A stretch of 64,000 nt of DNA from positions 4,652,001 to 4,716,000 of the forward strand of contig CM052817.1 in NCBI GenBank assembly GCA_028534125.1, read 5' to 3'. The notes below the pieces were generated by a model that saw nothing but the letters and a program-made list of their open reading frames with translations, made no database searches and had not been told where the DNA came from. The stretch comes from Lama glama (lineage: Eukaryota). Position numbers and translations under genes: made by a program. Of the stretch, positions 38,121-50,246 are shown piece after piece (position 1 is the stretch's first letter; each line of letters starts with the position of its first letter).

Positions 38121-39789
38121 AAGGAAGCGAATCGCCTGAGACCGACCCGGGTTAGATGTGAGGCCCCTCAGCGCCCCTGCTGAGCTGTGGGATTGTGGAT
38201 GCGTCTCTCAGCCTCTGCACTACTCATTTTACCCACCTGTAAATACTAGGGTGTGACCTAGTGCCCGTCTCATGGGTGCTTGAGGGTGAGAGGACAAAGC
38301 AAACCCCCGTGCCTGGCATGTGTTCAGGGCCCAAGAAATGATGGCTGGTGGAGCTGTACTGATGCTTCTGCAATAGTGTAAGGTAAGTGCTCTGTATTTG
38401 TTTATTGTTCCCATTCAGTAGTTTAGTGGGGTTGATGAATACTTAATGACATGCGAGAGCTTTAACAAATAATGTAAGCTAAAAGACGCAGACTTAGATA
38501 ACAGTGTTCAGCATTCAATCAATGCTTGTTCAGTAAATAAGTTAATCGATCAATTAATGAAACAGGAAAGAAGGGAGGGGGAAGGAAGGAAGGAGAAAAG
38601 AAAGGAAGGAAGGAGCCTCGTTTTTCAAGTGAATATATAGAAATATAAAAAGAACTTGAAGAAAGTAAAGCAAACTGCTACCATCACTTATCCCTGGAGA
38701 ATTGATTACAGCTGATTTTCTTTGATTTTTCCCTCTATGCTTCTCAGTAGCTTCCAAATCTTTTAAAATGAATCTCTATTGCCTTTGTAATCAGATAAGA
38801 GCACAAAATGATATCTAAAAATCAGAGATTTGATATAAAGAAAATAACTTTTATAATTTACCTTCTAATCATAGTCCTGGTTTAGGAGTATCTAAAACCC
38901 ACTTCACATAACAATAGTAAATCATAGAATTAGTTCTTCTTACCAGTTTTCTGCTGAGCTGTGATTGGGTAGATGTGAGTCATCTGCAGACACTTGTAGT
39001 TTCCATTAGAGATTGCCTCCTGCTGCACGTCACAGAAGAATCAGACATTAGTGGGGAAAATAAGAGAGGAGCTTTATTCTCTCTCACATGACACACAATC
39101 TAGAAGTGGCATTTGGACATTGTTCCTGGGTGTAGCAGACACCAAACCTGATCGTCAGACCCTTGGGAGAGGCGGCAGTCTGGGAGGTCCCTAATGTCTT
39201 TAAAGCGGTGCTGGGAGGCCCCCTGGGTATTACTTATTATTTAAGGCTTGTCAGGGAGGAGACGCATTTGAAAGTTGCAGCTTCTTCACAGCTGACCAAA
39301 GCGAAAGAGGGAGACAACTGAGAAAAATCATTCTTTCTTGTTTTCTTCAGAGCATGGAGACGAGAGAAAGTAAAAGCATCCTGCTAGGGCCACCCACTGT
39401 TCTCTCTGTTCATGTGAAAGGACTCTAGCATTTTCTATATATCAGATGCTGCACGAAGTGACGGATCTCTATGAGACACAGGAAGAAAACCAGGACAGCA
39501 AAACTCTGCGGCAAACGGAGACACCAAAACAAAACCTTCATCACTCACTGCAGTCGCGTCTGGAAAATAATTCCACACAGGCTGCACGGGGTGAGATGTT
39601 TGAAGTTACTGAACATGAAGCCCAAACATGTTAATTTGATAAATTAGCAGGATGCGATTCTATGCCCCAATTCCGACAAGATCACAGGAAACTTATTAGC
39701 CCAGAATGACAATCTAAGGAAGAAAAATTCCCAGAAATGATCTTTAACCCCTTAGTCCCCATTGCTATGTGTTAGGTTCTCCTGGCCAA

Positions 39790-40321
39790 GCCTTTATTAT
39801 TATTTTTTTATTGAAGTGTAGTCAGTTACAATGTGTCAATTTCTGGTGTAGAGCATCACGTTTCAGTCATATAGATACATAGATATATTCTTTTTCATGT
39901 TCTTTTTCATCATAGGTTACACAGGATATTGAAAATAGCTCCCTGTGCTGTACAGTAGAACCTTGTTGTTTATCTATTTTATAGATGGTAGTTAGTATCT
40001 GCAAATGCTCAAACACCCAATTTATTCCTCCATCCTCTCTTCCCCTACTGGTAACCATAAATTTGTTTTCTATGTCTGTGAATCTGTTTCTATTTTGTAA
40101 CTAGTTCATTTGTGGCTTTATTTTTTAGATTCCACATATAAGTGATATCATATGGTATTTTTCTTTCTCTTTCTGGCTTACTTCATCTGCAGATCCATCC
40201 ATGTGGCTGCAAATGGTATTATTTCATTCTTTTTTATGGCTGAGTAGTATTCTATTATATGTATACACCACATCTTCTTTATCCAGCCATCTGTTGATGG
40301 ACATTTAGGTTGCTTCCATGT
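39790..40321 (-). mobile_element. Lineage-specific L1 3' end (cetartiodactyl/camelid-type)
   Basis: ttttttattgaagtgtagtcagttacaatgtgtcaatttctggtgta... tail; the minus strand translates WKQPKCPSTDGWIKKMWCIHIIEYYSAIKKNEIIPFAATWMDL (L1 ORF2 C-terminus). Confidence 0.9.
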
Positions 40322-42004
40322 GACGATGTTTAGGGTGTACTTTCGGCAGGAATGAGCACACAGTCTAGCTGGGTTCACGTGTCTCACAGCATACATGTCG
40401 GAATGTAAATCCATAGTGATTCACATCGTGGGTAAGATCACTGTGTGCTGTAGAAATAAGAGAAGACTTCTTTGGGAAGGAGAAAATTAAATTGAATTTT
40501 ATCTTGACGAATTTGTGGTTATCTTGGAGGCAAAATAACACCCAACTTTGAATTAATTAAGACGCAGGCTTGTGCCAGATGGAGAAGAAAGCATAGGCTT
40601 TAAAGGCTGGACCGGTCCCTGGACCCGAGCTGAGTGGCCGCATGGGTGACCTCCTACTTTACTCCCTGTTAGGCAGACTGCCTGCCCCCATCACGGTAAG
40701 TCACACATCCGAGATGAGTTCGAATCTAACCCAGACCGTCAGTGGGGCTGTTCGACAGGGCACACCGGACAGCTCGCTGAGAAGGGGGGTCTGAGCCGAG
40801 CACTCCCAGCTCAGCGACGAGGCAGAGAGCTGAAGTCTCCGCTCTCATGACTTTCCCTCCCGGGGAGTGGGATGGACATTCTCTTGCCCTTATGGAAATG
40901 TGAGGAGTAGGGAATAAACTTCTCCTTGCAAAGTCATGGCTGGCTGAAGTTTAGACTGACTCGGAAACCTGTAACCGAAGGAGTGCCTTCACAGGTCTGT
41001 GAGCACCAGCACCATCAGCATGTCAGCAACAACAGTAACGGCTCCAGCAGCATCTCAGCAACGGGAGCCGCAGCACCGCCACCTCGGGTCCTTGGGAGCT
41101 GCGCAGCGTGTTTACTTAACGTGCACCATCTCACTTAACCCTCCCAGGATTTGCCCGAAGAGCTAGAATGAGGAGAGACTGGGTGAGATCACATCCCTAA
41201 GATGTTTGCCATCCAGTAGGAAGGAACTCATTTTTGAGGTCTGGGTTCTTTTAGTACCTGAACAACCTCAAGCAAGTTCTGTCATCTCCCTGGATTTCAA
41301 TTTTTCAGTCTCTAATGGGGGAGAAAAATGACTCCCACATTTGTTGTGAGGACGGAGGAAGGTAATGTGTGAGGAGCGGGGCCCCTGCCCAGTGGGCCTC
41401 CTGGAAGGTGTCTTGTCCGATCAGACTGTAAGGGGAACTACGGGGGGCTGAGCTCCCCGCTCAGCCCACTCTCTCTTCTCTCGCGTCCTTTACCTTTCAT
41501 CATTTCGCCTCCTCTCAGCTGGGAGCTGTCAGGAAAGGCAGAAGGATGGGAAAAGGCAGCTTTTATCCACTATGCTTGTCATCTTCCGCTTTTCACTGAT
41601 GCTCAGTTCTGTTTTCTTAGGAAAGATTAAAAAAAACCTTCACAAACACAAAAACATCAAAACAAAAAAACACCTACTTCTTCAAGGCAGACCCTCAGAA
41701 GACAGAGGAACTGGACCTCTCTCCAGCTGAGAGCCTTGTTTGTATGTTGGCCTCTGCTCTTTGTTCCCAAGAGAAGTGACACAAAGAAGGATGCTCAGGG
41801 GACCGTTGGGTTGTGGGCCACCTGCCATTAAACATCAGCCCACTTCTTTTAGGCTCCACACCTGAGGGCAGATCAGTGCCTTTGAGAAGCAGGCGTGGGA
41901 GTGGTCCACGGAGAACGCGCATCTTTGGAAGACGGCTGAAGCAACCCCCATCTTTGGCCAAGAGTCATGAACACAGGCGTTCACCCTCCCTCGGTCCCAG
42001 CAGC

Positions 42005-42345
42005 GGTCACTGAGTCTGCCCAGAAAGCTCAGAAGGCTAAATGAAGATTATTCCCGACACCTACCACCACGCCAGTCTTAATCAGTGGTGGGAGAACAGT
42101 CTCAGAACTGTTTGTCTCAATTGGCCGTTTAAATTTACTGGTAAGAGACTGGTTAACGATAACAATGCATTGTAGAAGCTTCAGAAGGGAAGGAGAACGC
42201 TTTGTGGACCGTTTCTTTTGGGCGTGGCAGTTTTAAGTTACTAGTTTTTAAAATCAGTACTTTTCAATGGCAACAACTTGACCAAAAATCTGTCACAGAG
42301 TTTTGAGATCCATTAAAATGAAGTTTAATGCAAAACAAAAACCAA
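42005..42345 (+). pseudogene. EEF1A1: 5'-truncated processed pseudogene of EEF1A1 (last 12 codons, stop, 3'UTR and decayed poly(A))
   Basis: 42006-42044 reads VTESAQKAQKAK* (EEF1A1 ends VTKSAQKAQKAK*). It is followed by the recognisable EEF1A1 3'UTR (cttaatcagtggtgg...gtctcagaactgtttg...tttttaaaatcagtac...caacttgaccaaaaa), ATTAAA at 42312-42317 and an A-rich tail. Confidence 0.93.
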
Positions 42346-42799
42346 CACCAACCGTCAACATCCATCCACAAAATCACCCTTCTTCTCAGCTGGCTTCCTG
42401 AAGTCAGGGACGCGTTGTTTGGTTCACCGCACTCCTCACGACTGTTTTCCTCGCTCGGACCAGATTCCAATCACAGGTGACGCGCCAGCCGCCGCACCCC
42501 ACTCTGAGAGGTGTGCTGAAGCAGACTCCATCACAGGGGTGCCCTGCCCCAGCTGAAGGTACAGGCTTTTATATTCCCTGACTGGTGGGTTATTGGCTCT
42601 GGGGCGAGGGGTGGAAAGGGCCAGGGAAGAGTTCTCAAGCTCTTCTAGCGATCTGTGCCAGCAAGAAGGCTCCAGTGCCCAGGGGCTAGCCTGTGACAGT
42701 CATGGGGCAAGCCTGTGACAGCAGAGCACACAGGGCAGAGGATCTGGGGATGGATGCACATTGCTGGCGAGGGGCTCTGAGGAGGTGGGCTGGGCACAG

Positions 42800-43060
42800 G
42801 AAGAAATTTAGTGCTTTTCTGTGTATGGGAAGGTGCAAAAGTCTGGGCTCATTGAGATAATTTCTTTCATACGCGCCTTAGCTGTCCGGGGCCGGTATCC
42901 AGCGCTTTCCCATCCTGAGTCCCCTCGGGGGCACCGTGGGGGGTGGCTGCAGGGGCTAATGGCTTGATGGCAGCACCACTGGGGGCAGCTGCAATGTGAT
43001 GACTTGATGGCTGCAGCATCGTTTGTTTACTAATGTGGCAGGCAATGGTGTTCGCTCACA
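42800..43060 (-). mobile_element. Partial ERV1-like LTR
   Basis: aatttagtgcttttctgtgtatgggaaggtgcaaaagtctgggctcattg ... tttgtttactaatgtggcaggc ... ctcaca terminus. Confidence 0.55.
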
Positions 43061-43939
43061 GCACCCACTGTGAAGGAAGCAGAGGGCAAAGGGGGTTCAG
43101 GGCTGGACTGAGGCCTCGGTTTCCTCATCTATGAAATCAAGATCCTAGCTACATCCACCTGACCGGGCTGTGAAGGTTCCGTGTGTGCCCACGCAGGGTA
43201 GATCGCTCAGCACACAGCTCAGCGCGCCTCGCTGTTCCTGTTACAATTATTGCCCTTGTGTGTCTCAGCCTCATCATCTGATTTCACTCTTATTCTCTTC
43301 ACTCTCAGTTCTGTGACTTGTCTTCCACTTGCTTCTCCAGGCCTCTTCTTGAACTTTACATTTTGGCAATGATTTTCAGCTTCCAGGAACTCTTTCATTT
43401 TCTCCCTCCTCTTTTCAGAATAGCTTGTTCTGCTGTTTTATGGCTGTAATATCTTCGCAGATCCCTCTGAGAATGTGGATTCAATCTTCCAAAGTTCTCT
43501 TCTCTCCCCTGAGCCAACTATTTCCTTTGGGGAGAGTTGTCTGTGCTAATCCTGCCCCGCTCCTCGTGATCTGCTTTTCCCCAAGGTTTGCTTGTCCTGG
43601 TCTGTTCTTATGGTTTGTCAATAAAGGACCAGACTGATGGTCGAGGTGGCTCAGTGGGTTTCTGCCAGATCTGTGTGACGGCGTTTGATCTCTTGGCTTC
43701 CCCACGAAGGAAGGCTGACATGGGCTTTGACCTGTGGATGGTGTCTGTCAGCCAGTCGCTTGACTTCAGCCTGTAGGGCTGGTACAGACAGACAGACAGA
43801 GTGCCCCTCCTCCAAGCATAGGATTCCAATTTTGGTCTTGGAAAAAAAATGCAGCTACTGCTGGGGTCGGGGTTGGGGAAACAGTGTTGGGAGGGCAGAT
43901 ATCCAGCTCTTCTGCAGACATATTTAAAACAATTTTTTA

Positions 43940-44412
43940 AGATACATGCACCCCAGTGTTCATAGCAGTGTTATTTACAGTTGCCAAAGTATGGAAGCAG
44001 CCTCAGTGTCCATCAACAGATGAATGGATAAAAAAGATGTGAGATACACACACAGACACACACACACACTTTGGAATACTACTCAGCCATAAACAAGGAT
44101 ATTTTGTCATTTGCAGCAATGTGGATGGACCTGCAAGGCATTAAGCAAAGTGAAATAAGTCAGACAGAGAAAGACAAACACTGTATGATATCACTTATAT
44201 GTGGAATCTAAAAAATACAACAAACTAGTGACTAAAACAAAAAAGAAGCAGACTCACAGAACAAACTAGTGGTTACTAACGGGGAAATGGAAGTGGGGGG
44301 GCAATATAGTGGCAGGGGATTAAAAATAAAGCATTATCATGGGATTATATGAAATCATGTGTGTGCAACTTTTGAAAATTGTAAAGCACTACAAAATTTC
44401 AAAAAAAAAAGA
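43940..44412 (+). mobile_element. L1 3' end with poly(A) tail
   Basis: ORF2 C-terminal remnant (tggaagcagcctcagtgtccatcaacagatgaatggataaa), 3'UTR, and A-run at 44401-44410. Confidence 0.85.
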
Positions 44413-44424
44413 ATTTTAAAAACC

Positions 44425-45010
44425 TCTTTATTTTATAATAATTTTAGATTTACAGAAGAACTTCAAAGACAGCATGGAAGAGTTCCCACAGATCATTTAC
44501 CTCTCCCAGTGTTGACCCCTCACATACCCACAATACATTATCAAAGCTAAGAAATGAACATTAGTGCATTACCATTAGCTAAACTCTAGACTTTATTTGG
44601 GTTTCACCAGTTTCCCCACTACTGTCCCCTCTCTGTTCCACGAGGCTACCCAGGAGCCTCATTCATTTAGTTGTCATATCTCCTGAGTCTCCTTGTAATC
44701 TGTAAATTCAGTTTTCCACGTCTTCCGTGGTTCTAATAATTTGTTGAGTCAGGTCAGGAACTTAGAGTTGAGATTTGTCCAATGTTTTCCCACGACTCCT
44801 CTGGGTTGTGGGTTTGGGGGAGGCACACCACAGAGAGGTAGGGCCTCTCATCACATCTAACTGTGGGCACACGCCATCAACGTGACTTTTTACTGGTGGT
44901 GTTAACTTTGATCACTGGGTTAGGTGGTGTCTGTTAAAGTTTTTCCTCTGTAACATACTGTCCATCCTTTTCCATATTCTGTCTGTTAGACATGAGTCAC
45001 TAAGTCCTGT
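44425..45010 (-). mobile_element. Old L1 (L1MC-like) 3' end
   Basis: ataattttagatttacagaagaacttcaaagacag, tactggtggtgttaactttgatcactggg. Confidence 0.7.
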
Positions 45011-47985
45011 CCACAAGGTTCTGGGATAATTGTCATGCTATTTCATGAACCCCCCACCCCCCAGCCACTCTTCACTGGTAGATGAATTGGTATCTCAACC
45101 AGTTGTGATGCATTCTCTGGGCCTTTGCATTTGGGAGATACAGAAGGTCAGGGCAGTCTTTCTCACCACGTCCTGATTCAGAGATTCCTCCCCTCTGACC
45201 ACCCTCCCTCTCCCCTCTAGAGCAAGGGACCACAAGCAACCAATGGACTGGGAAGTCTTTTAAATCCGGTTCACAGCAGCAGGTAAACAGCATGGAGCAT
45301 CACTTAAAAGCTGGAGGCTGGCTGCTGTCCCCGCAAGAAGTTTCTCTTTCGGGTGCTTTTCCTGGTGGAGGACAGAGTTTCCTTGTAGTGACAAGGGGCA
45401 GCGTGGCTCCAGGATCTCTATAGAGCAGGGACACAGGGCGCCAGCCTGGCTTGGAGGGATGGGGGGAGCGGGAGTGGAGAAATTGCCTTAAAGCTGCTTC
45501 CGTTAAGCAGCACCTTCTGCTTCGTTAAAGAGCTGGGTTTGTGATGCTGAGAGAATTCGGGAAGGGGGCCCTCAAGACAACAATGCGGGGTCACTATCAT
45601 GTAATAGGAAGTTCATGAAATTTGGATCCTGGTAGATGGTTCAAATCTTGACTCTCCCACAAAGCAGCTGTAGGTCCTCTAAGAAGTTAGTCTTGCTCGT
45701 CTCTAAAATGTACACACTCCACAGAATGGAAACCATACCAAGTTCCTTCCTGGCAGAGAAAGGGCCCGGAATGAGGGAGTTTCCCTCCCTCTTGCTCCTT
45801 CTAAGCTCTGGCCCCTCTTGGGACTCTGGGGGGAGGAGCAGGCTGGGAGTTGCCCACTGGGCTCCCTCCATGCCTGGCCTTTTCAGTGGCTTCTGGGAAG
45901 GTCACTGGCAGCTGTTCGACCTGAAGCCTGAAGTCGGTTGAGGGAGGCGGGGCAGGGATGGAGGGCTTACAGAGGGGGATGCGGTGGAGACTGCTTTCTG
46001 CAGAGATCAACTTGGACATTACGTGGGAAAGCTTCCTGAAGCGGGAAGTGATGCCTCGCTTGGTAAGGAGCTCTGGCTCCTTTGCTTTGCACGGAGCCCC
46101 ACGAATTAACACGTGCACTCACGTGTGTAGCCCTGAAATTGACCTTCATAACTGCTCCGTGGGAAAGAGAGAGAGGGAGTTAACCAGACCCCGCTCATGG
46201 CTGTGGGAACTGACACTCAGAGATGTGGGGACTTGCTCAGAGCCTCCCAGTGGGGCCACGTGGTGCATGGTGGGGCTGTGATTTGAAGCCAGGTCTCCCG
46301 CTCCAAAGCCAGCTCTCGCTGGGCCAGTCTCAGACTGGGCGGGCTTGTGCCCGTTCCAGAGAGGACCAGTGTACCCCCAGGGGAGCAGCCTCCCAGCCAT
46401 CACTGGAGACTTGGGCACGTGGAAGTCACTGCAGGCCTCATGTGCTGGCTGCATGCGGGCCAAGGACCCTGGAAGGGGAAGGGGACCAACCCACGACTGG
46501 AGCAGAGGCGACTCTGAAGGACGGAGTCCCTAAAGGAAGCTGAGAGGCAAGTCCTGTCATGGAGGCTGGGAAGCATCAGGAGGCAGGGACCCCAGGGTCA
46601 GTGTCACAGCAGGGAACCCTCCCAAGACCAGCCCTACCTCGTGCTCAGGTACTTTGAGAAGGTGAGGGAGGAGGCATAAAGGAAAGAACTGAGTTGTCTG
46701 CAGCTCAAGAGCTCTGGGTTGGATCCACCATTAAAAGAGGAGATTATGACAAGTCAAAGCTGTGTCCTTACTGGCTGGAGAGAAAAAAAGGGGTGGAGAC
46801 AGACGCCTACAGGTAAGGGTCATGGTTCACGGTGGCCAGGAACCACGATGGTCAACACAGCAGAAGAATGACAACAGCTGTGGGCACTCAGCTTCATGGG
46901 GCGCCACTTTTCCCCGCTGGTGGGGCGGGGACCTTCTGGCTAACATGAAAGTGCGCTGTAGTTACTCAGGTCATGCAGCTTGGTGTTTACTATCACTACA
47001 AATGTCAACCCTTTTTAGTTATTGGCACGAGAAGCCAGAGATACATTTCAGTGGGGACAGGAAAGCCCTATTGATGCCACCAATTTCCACTTCTCTTGCT
47101 GTGCCTGAATCCCACATCAGAAGGCGAATCCTAATGCAAATTCTTGCTTGGGTACGTATTTCTTTAATCAGATTGCTTTTTCGACAACAAGACTAGGACT
47201 ACGCACTCTGGGAATGGGGGTTGGATGAAAGAGAAGGGAAAACTCATCTGGAACTTGGGACTCGGGAGATACAGCTCTTAAGGGGGTGGGTGGGGACTGG
47301 GCACTTCTTTGGTGGGTGGGGAGAGGCAGCCTTTGGGAAATCACTGAGACCAGGAAAGAAAAAAGGTCTGGGAGTGGCGGTGGGGCCACAGGGGATTCTG
47401 CCAAAAGGAAGTTTCACCCACTCAGAGACTCTTGTGCTGGGCTCACTCTCATCTAATTCATTCAAAATTGATTACCTCTCATGAGACAGGCACCGTTAGG
47501 ACTGGGAGACAGGGGTGGGAGGAGGAGACAGACGTGAAGATCTGGCTTCTCTTAGGAGTTTGGAGGCAAGGAGGGCAAGCCATGGGCAAAAGTAACCTTG
47601 CTGTGCAGTTGGCAGCAATCAGAACCATGAGAAGTTTACAGAAAATGCATGAGCGAGTACGTGGAGGAGATCCCGCCTGGCTTGGGCTAAGGTTACCAGG
47701 AAACCCGGAAGTCTTCATGGAAGAGGTGGAATTAGCCCATGAGAGGCACATATTTTGACATGTAGAGATGGGAGCTGAAAGGCATCCCAGGTAGGGAGGG
47801 CTGGGTGGGTAAAAGCAGGGCGGCGGCAGGTCAAGGCATCTGTACAGTTACCGTTCATCGGCACCCATGTGTGTGCTGTATGAAGGCTTGGGTGGTAACT
47901 TGAGGAAATTTTAAGTGTTTTTCCTTCGGTGGAGAATTTTCTGTATTTTCCTCTATTGAATAGATTGTATCTTTTCAAGTATAAA

Positions 47986-48148
47986 ATAATGATGATGATG
48001 ATGATGGTGGTGGTGGTGATGGCGATGAGGATGAGGAGGACAATAATGGTGATGATGATAATGATGGTGGTGGTGGTGATGGTGACGATGAGGATGAGGA
48101 GGACAATAATGGTGATGATGGTGCTAATGATGATAATGATAATAACAA
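47986..48148. repeat. Degenerate GAT/GGT/AAT triplet repeat with a ~60-bp internal duplication
   Basis: 48001-48060 and 48061-48120 are near-identical (..gatgaggatgaggaggacaataatggtgatgatg..). Confidence 0.9.
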
Positions 48149-48169
48149 ATTATGATCAAGTTGCATAGA

Positions 48170-50107
48170 GCCTTGAATTGCCAAGTTTGGTTTTATTCTG
48201 TGGGCAAAGTAATCACATCGCTGACTTAGACCCTGCCCCAAGTCTCTATGTTTCTCATTACACTTGACACTTGACTCTTGACTCTAAGGGGACATCGCCC
48301 ATCCCACCAACCCTGAATAAGAACAAAGTTGTAAGAAGGAATGTCCAAGAAATAGTTTATTCTGAACAAGGAACAAGGCTGATTTGAACAGAGCCAGGAA
48401 ATCCAGCATCTTGGGCGACTTCCAGCTCCTGCCCCCAGATGCATGAACTCAGCCCACTGAGGGATCCTAAGTGCTGCCAGCATCACAGTGAAGAGAGAAG
48501 CAGCCCCGTTATTTCCCGGAGGGGACAGGATGGTGCCAACAGCAACAAAGAATGAAAAGTGTGCAAGACAAGTAGACATGTGGGCAACACCAACTAGAAA
48601 CAGCCTTGGTTGAAGGAGGAATAATGATAATTTCTTTCCTTTTTTCAAATAAAAATGTAAAACCAAGTGGCACATTAAAATGTCTCTTAAGAAATCTAAG
48701 AGATGGCACTGAGAGTCCCTAGGGTTGATTTATGATGTGAGTTGAACTTTCACAGGAATGTACAGACATCAGAGACTCCAGGAAGGAGACTTCAAAGAAT
48801 CTTAAACACCAGGCTTGTTTCTACAGAAAGCTGATTCGCCAAGTGAGTAAAACAGGAAAGATTCTTCAAATGATGGTGATGACGATGTTGACGAAAAATC
48901 GCTACCGTTCACAGAGCAGTATTTGCTGGGTGCATAACACATGGGACCCTAGTTAACCCTACAGCAATCCTGCGGGCTAGTTTCATGATCCCCGTTTTAA
49001 AACGTGGAGACAGACACTCGATTACGCGATTTGCCTGAGATCTTCGGGTTCGTAAACAGCAGGGCTGGATTCTGAATACAGTCCTGATTCCAAGTCTACG
49101 CTTTATCCCTGATGCTACAGCATCTCCCAATTCAGACAAAGGGCTCCCTGAACAGACCATAAAGTAGCTTGCTCTGTGTGAGCCCACCGTCCGCCGCGAG
49201 CAAACTGTCTAACCGCCGGGGCTTCCGAGCTTATCCACGTGGAGCTGCCTTGCTCATGGCAGCTGGAGGTCCTCTTTGAGACAGTGCCGAGGAGATGACT
49301 TCTCACCCTTCCAGAAAAGAAAACGTGGACGGGGACGGAGACTCAGAACTCTGCTGTGGGACTGCGTTTTGGGAGGAACTCTGATGACACTCTCTGAGAC
49401 TGACTGATGGTCCCGCCACCCCAGCCCCGGGCGTGGGAGTGGGGCGGGAATGGAGACCCGCTGAAATTGGGGGTGCATCAGGGGAGCAGTGTCTCTGCTG
49501 CGCCAGGACCTCGGGGACCAGGCTGGTCTGCAGGCCACACCACCTTGGAAGGTCAGAAAGACTGGCCTGGCAGAGGATGCGAATGAAGACACTTCCAGTT
49601 TTGCTCCAGGACTGGGGAATGGTGTCCCCACAGGCTGAGCAAACACAGCAGATGCTGAAGGGCTGTACTTTCAAAAGTATGTCTGAAGAGCCAGGATGGA
49701 CCAAACTGCGACGTTGCGATGGTCTAACTGCTTTGGGAGATGGGAGTGCCTTTCAAATATTAAGGTTATATTTTGCATGTCTAAACAGTTGTACACATGT
49801 CAAAGGTTTTGCAGGTCTGCTACCCAACTGGAGTCTTCCAATAACCATGCGATCAGAGGTGGGGCAGAGAGCTGGTTCACCCCTCTGGCAGATGTGGCAT
49901 ACAGAGGCACGGAAAGGGCAAGGTGTCCACCGTCGTGCAGGGAACCAGCCAGGCAGCTGGGACCGGAATCCAGGCTCCCCAGCTCCAGGCCCAGGGCTCT
50001 CTGCATCTGATGTTACTGGGGGTGAGACGGGGCCATCACGGCACAGAGAGGGGCTTTGGGCGGTCAGGGCAGAGATGCTGCCGCCTTGCCGGGAGCCGCG
50101 GCGGCGC
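48170..50107 (-). other. STK32B: STK32B 3'UTR (~1.9 kb, end approximate)
   Basis: Lies between the TAA stop and a minus-strand AATAAA (tttatt at 48192-48197); includes a MIR-like segment at ~48910-49110. Confidence 0.65.
48192..48197 (-). terminator. STK32B polyadenylation signal AATAAA
   Basis: tttatt on +. On the minus strand it is followed about 45 nt later by a U-rich tract (TTTGTTATTATCATTATC). Confidence 0.65.
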
Positions 50108-50246
50108 TTAGCTGCTGCAGCCGCGGGAGCAGGCGTGGGCGAGGATGTTGTTGTTGCACCCGTCCTGGAGCTTGCCCTGGGCCTGGCTCCCGGCTCGGCC
50201 TTCTGTGTCCACGAGCTGGCCGCCCTGGCCCTGCTGCCTCCTCAGC
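50108..50246 (-). CDS. STK32B: STK32B (YANK2) serine/threonine kinase, terminal coding exon
   Basis: Minus-strand acceptor tgtgcttgtttgcag|G with a TTAAC branch-like motif upstream; 139 nt. Encodes (K)[45 protein letters not shown], matching the recalled STK32B C-terminus. STK32B is the known neighbour of EVC2. Confidence 0.93.

Noticed and set aside
47929..48241. Met/Val-rich and Ser/Pro-rich ORFs
   Set aside because: Read-outs of the triplet repeat.
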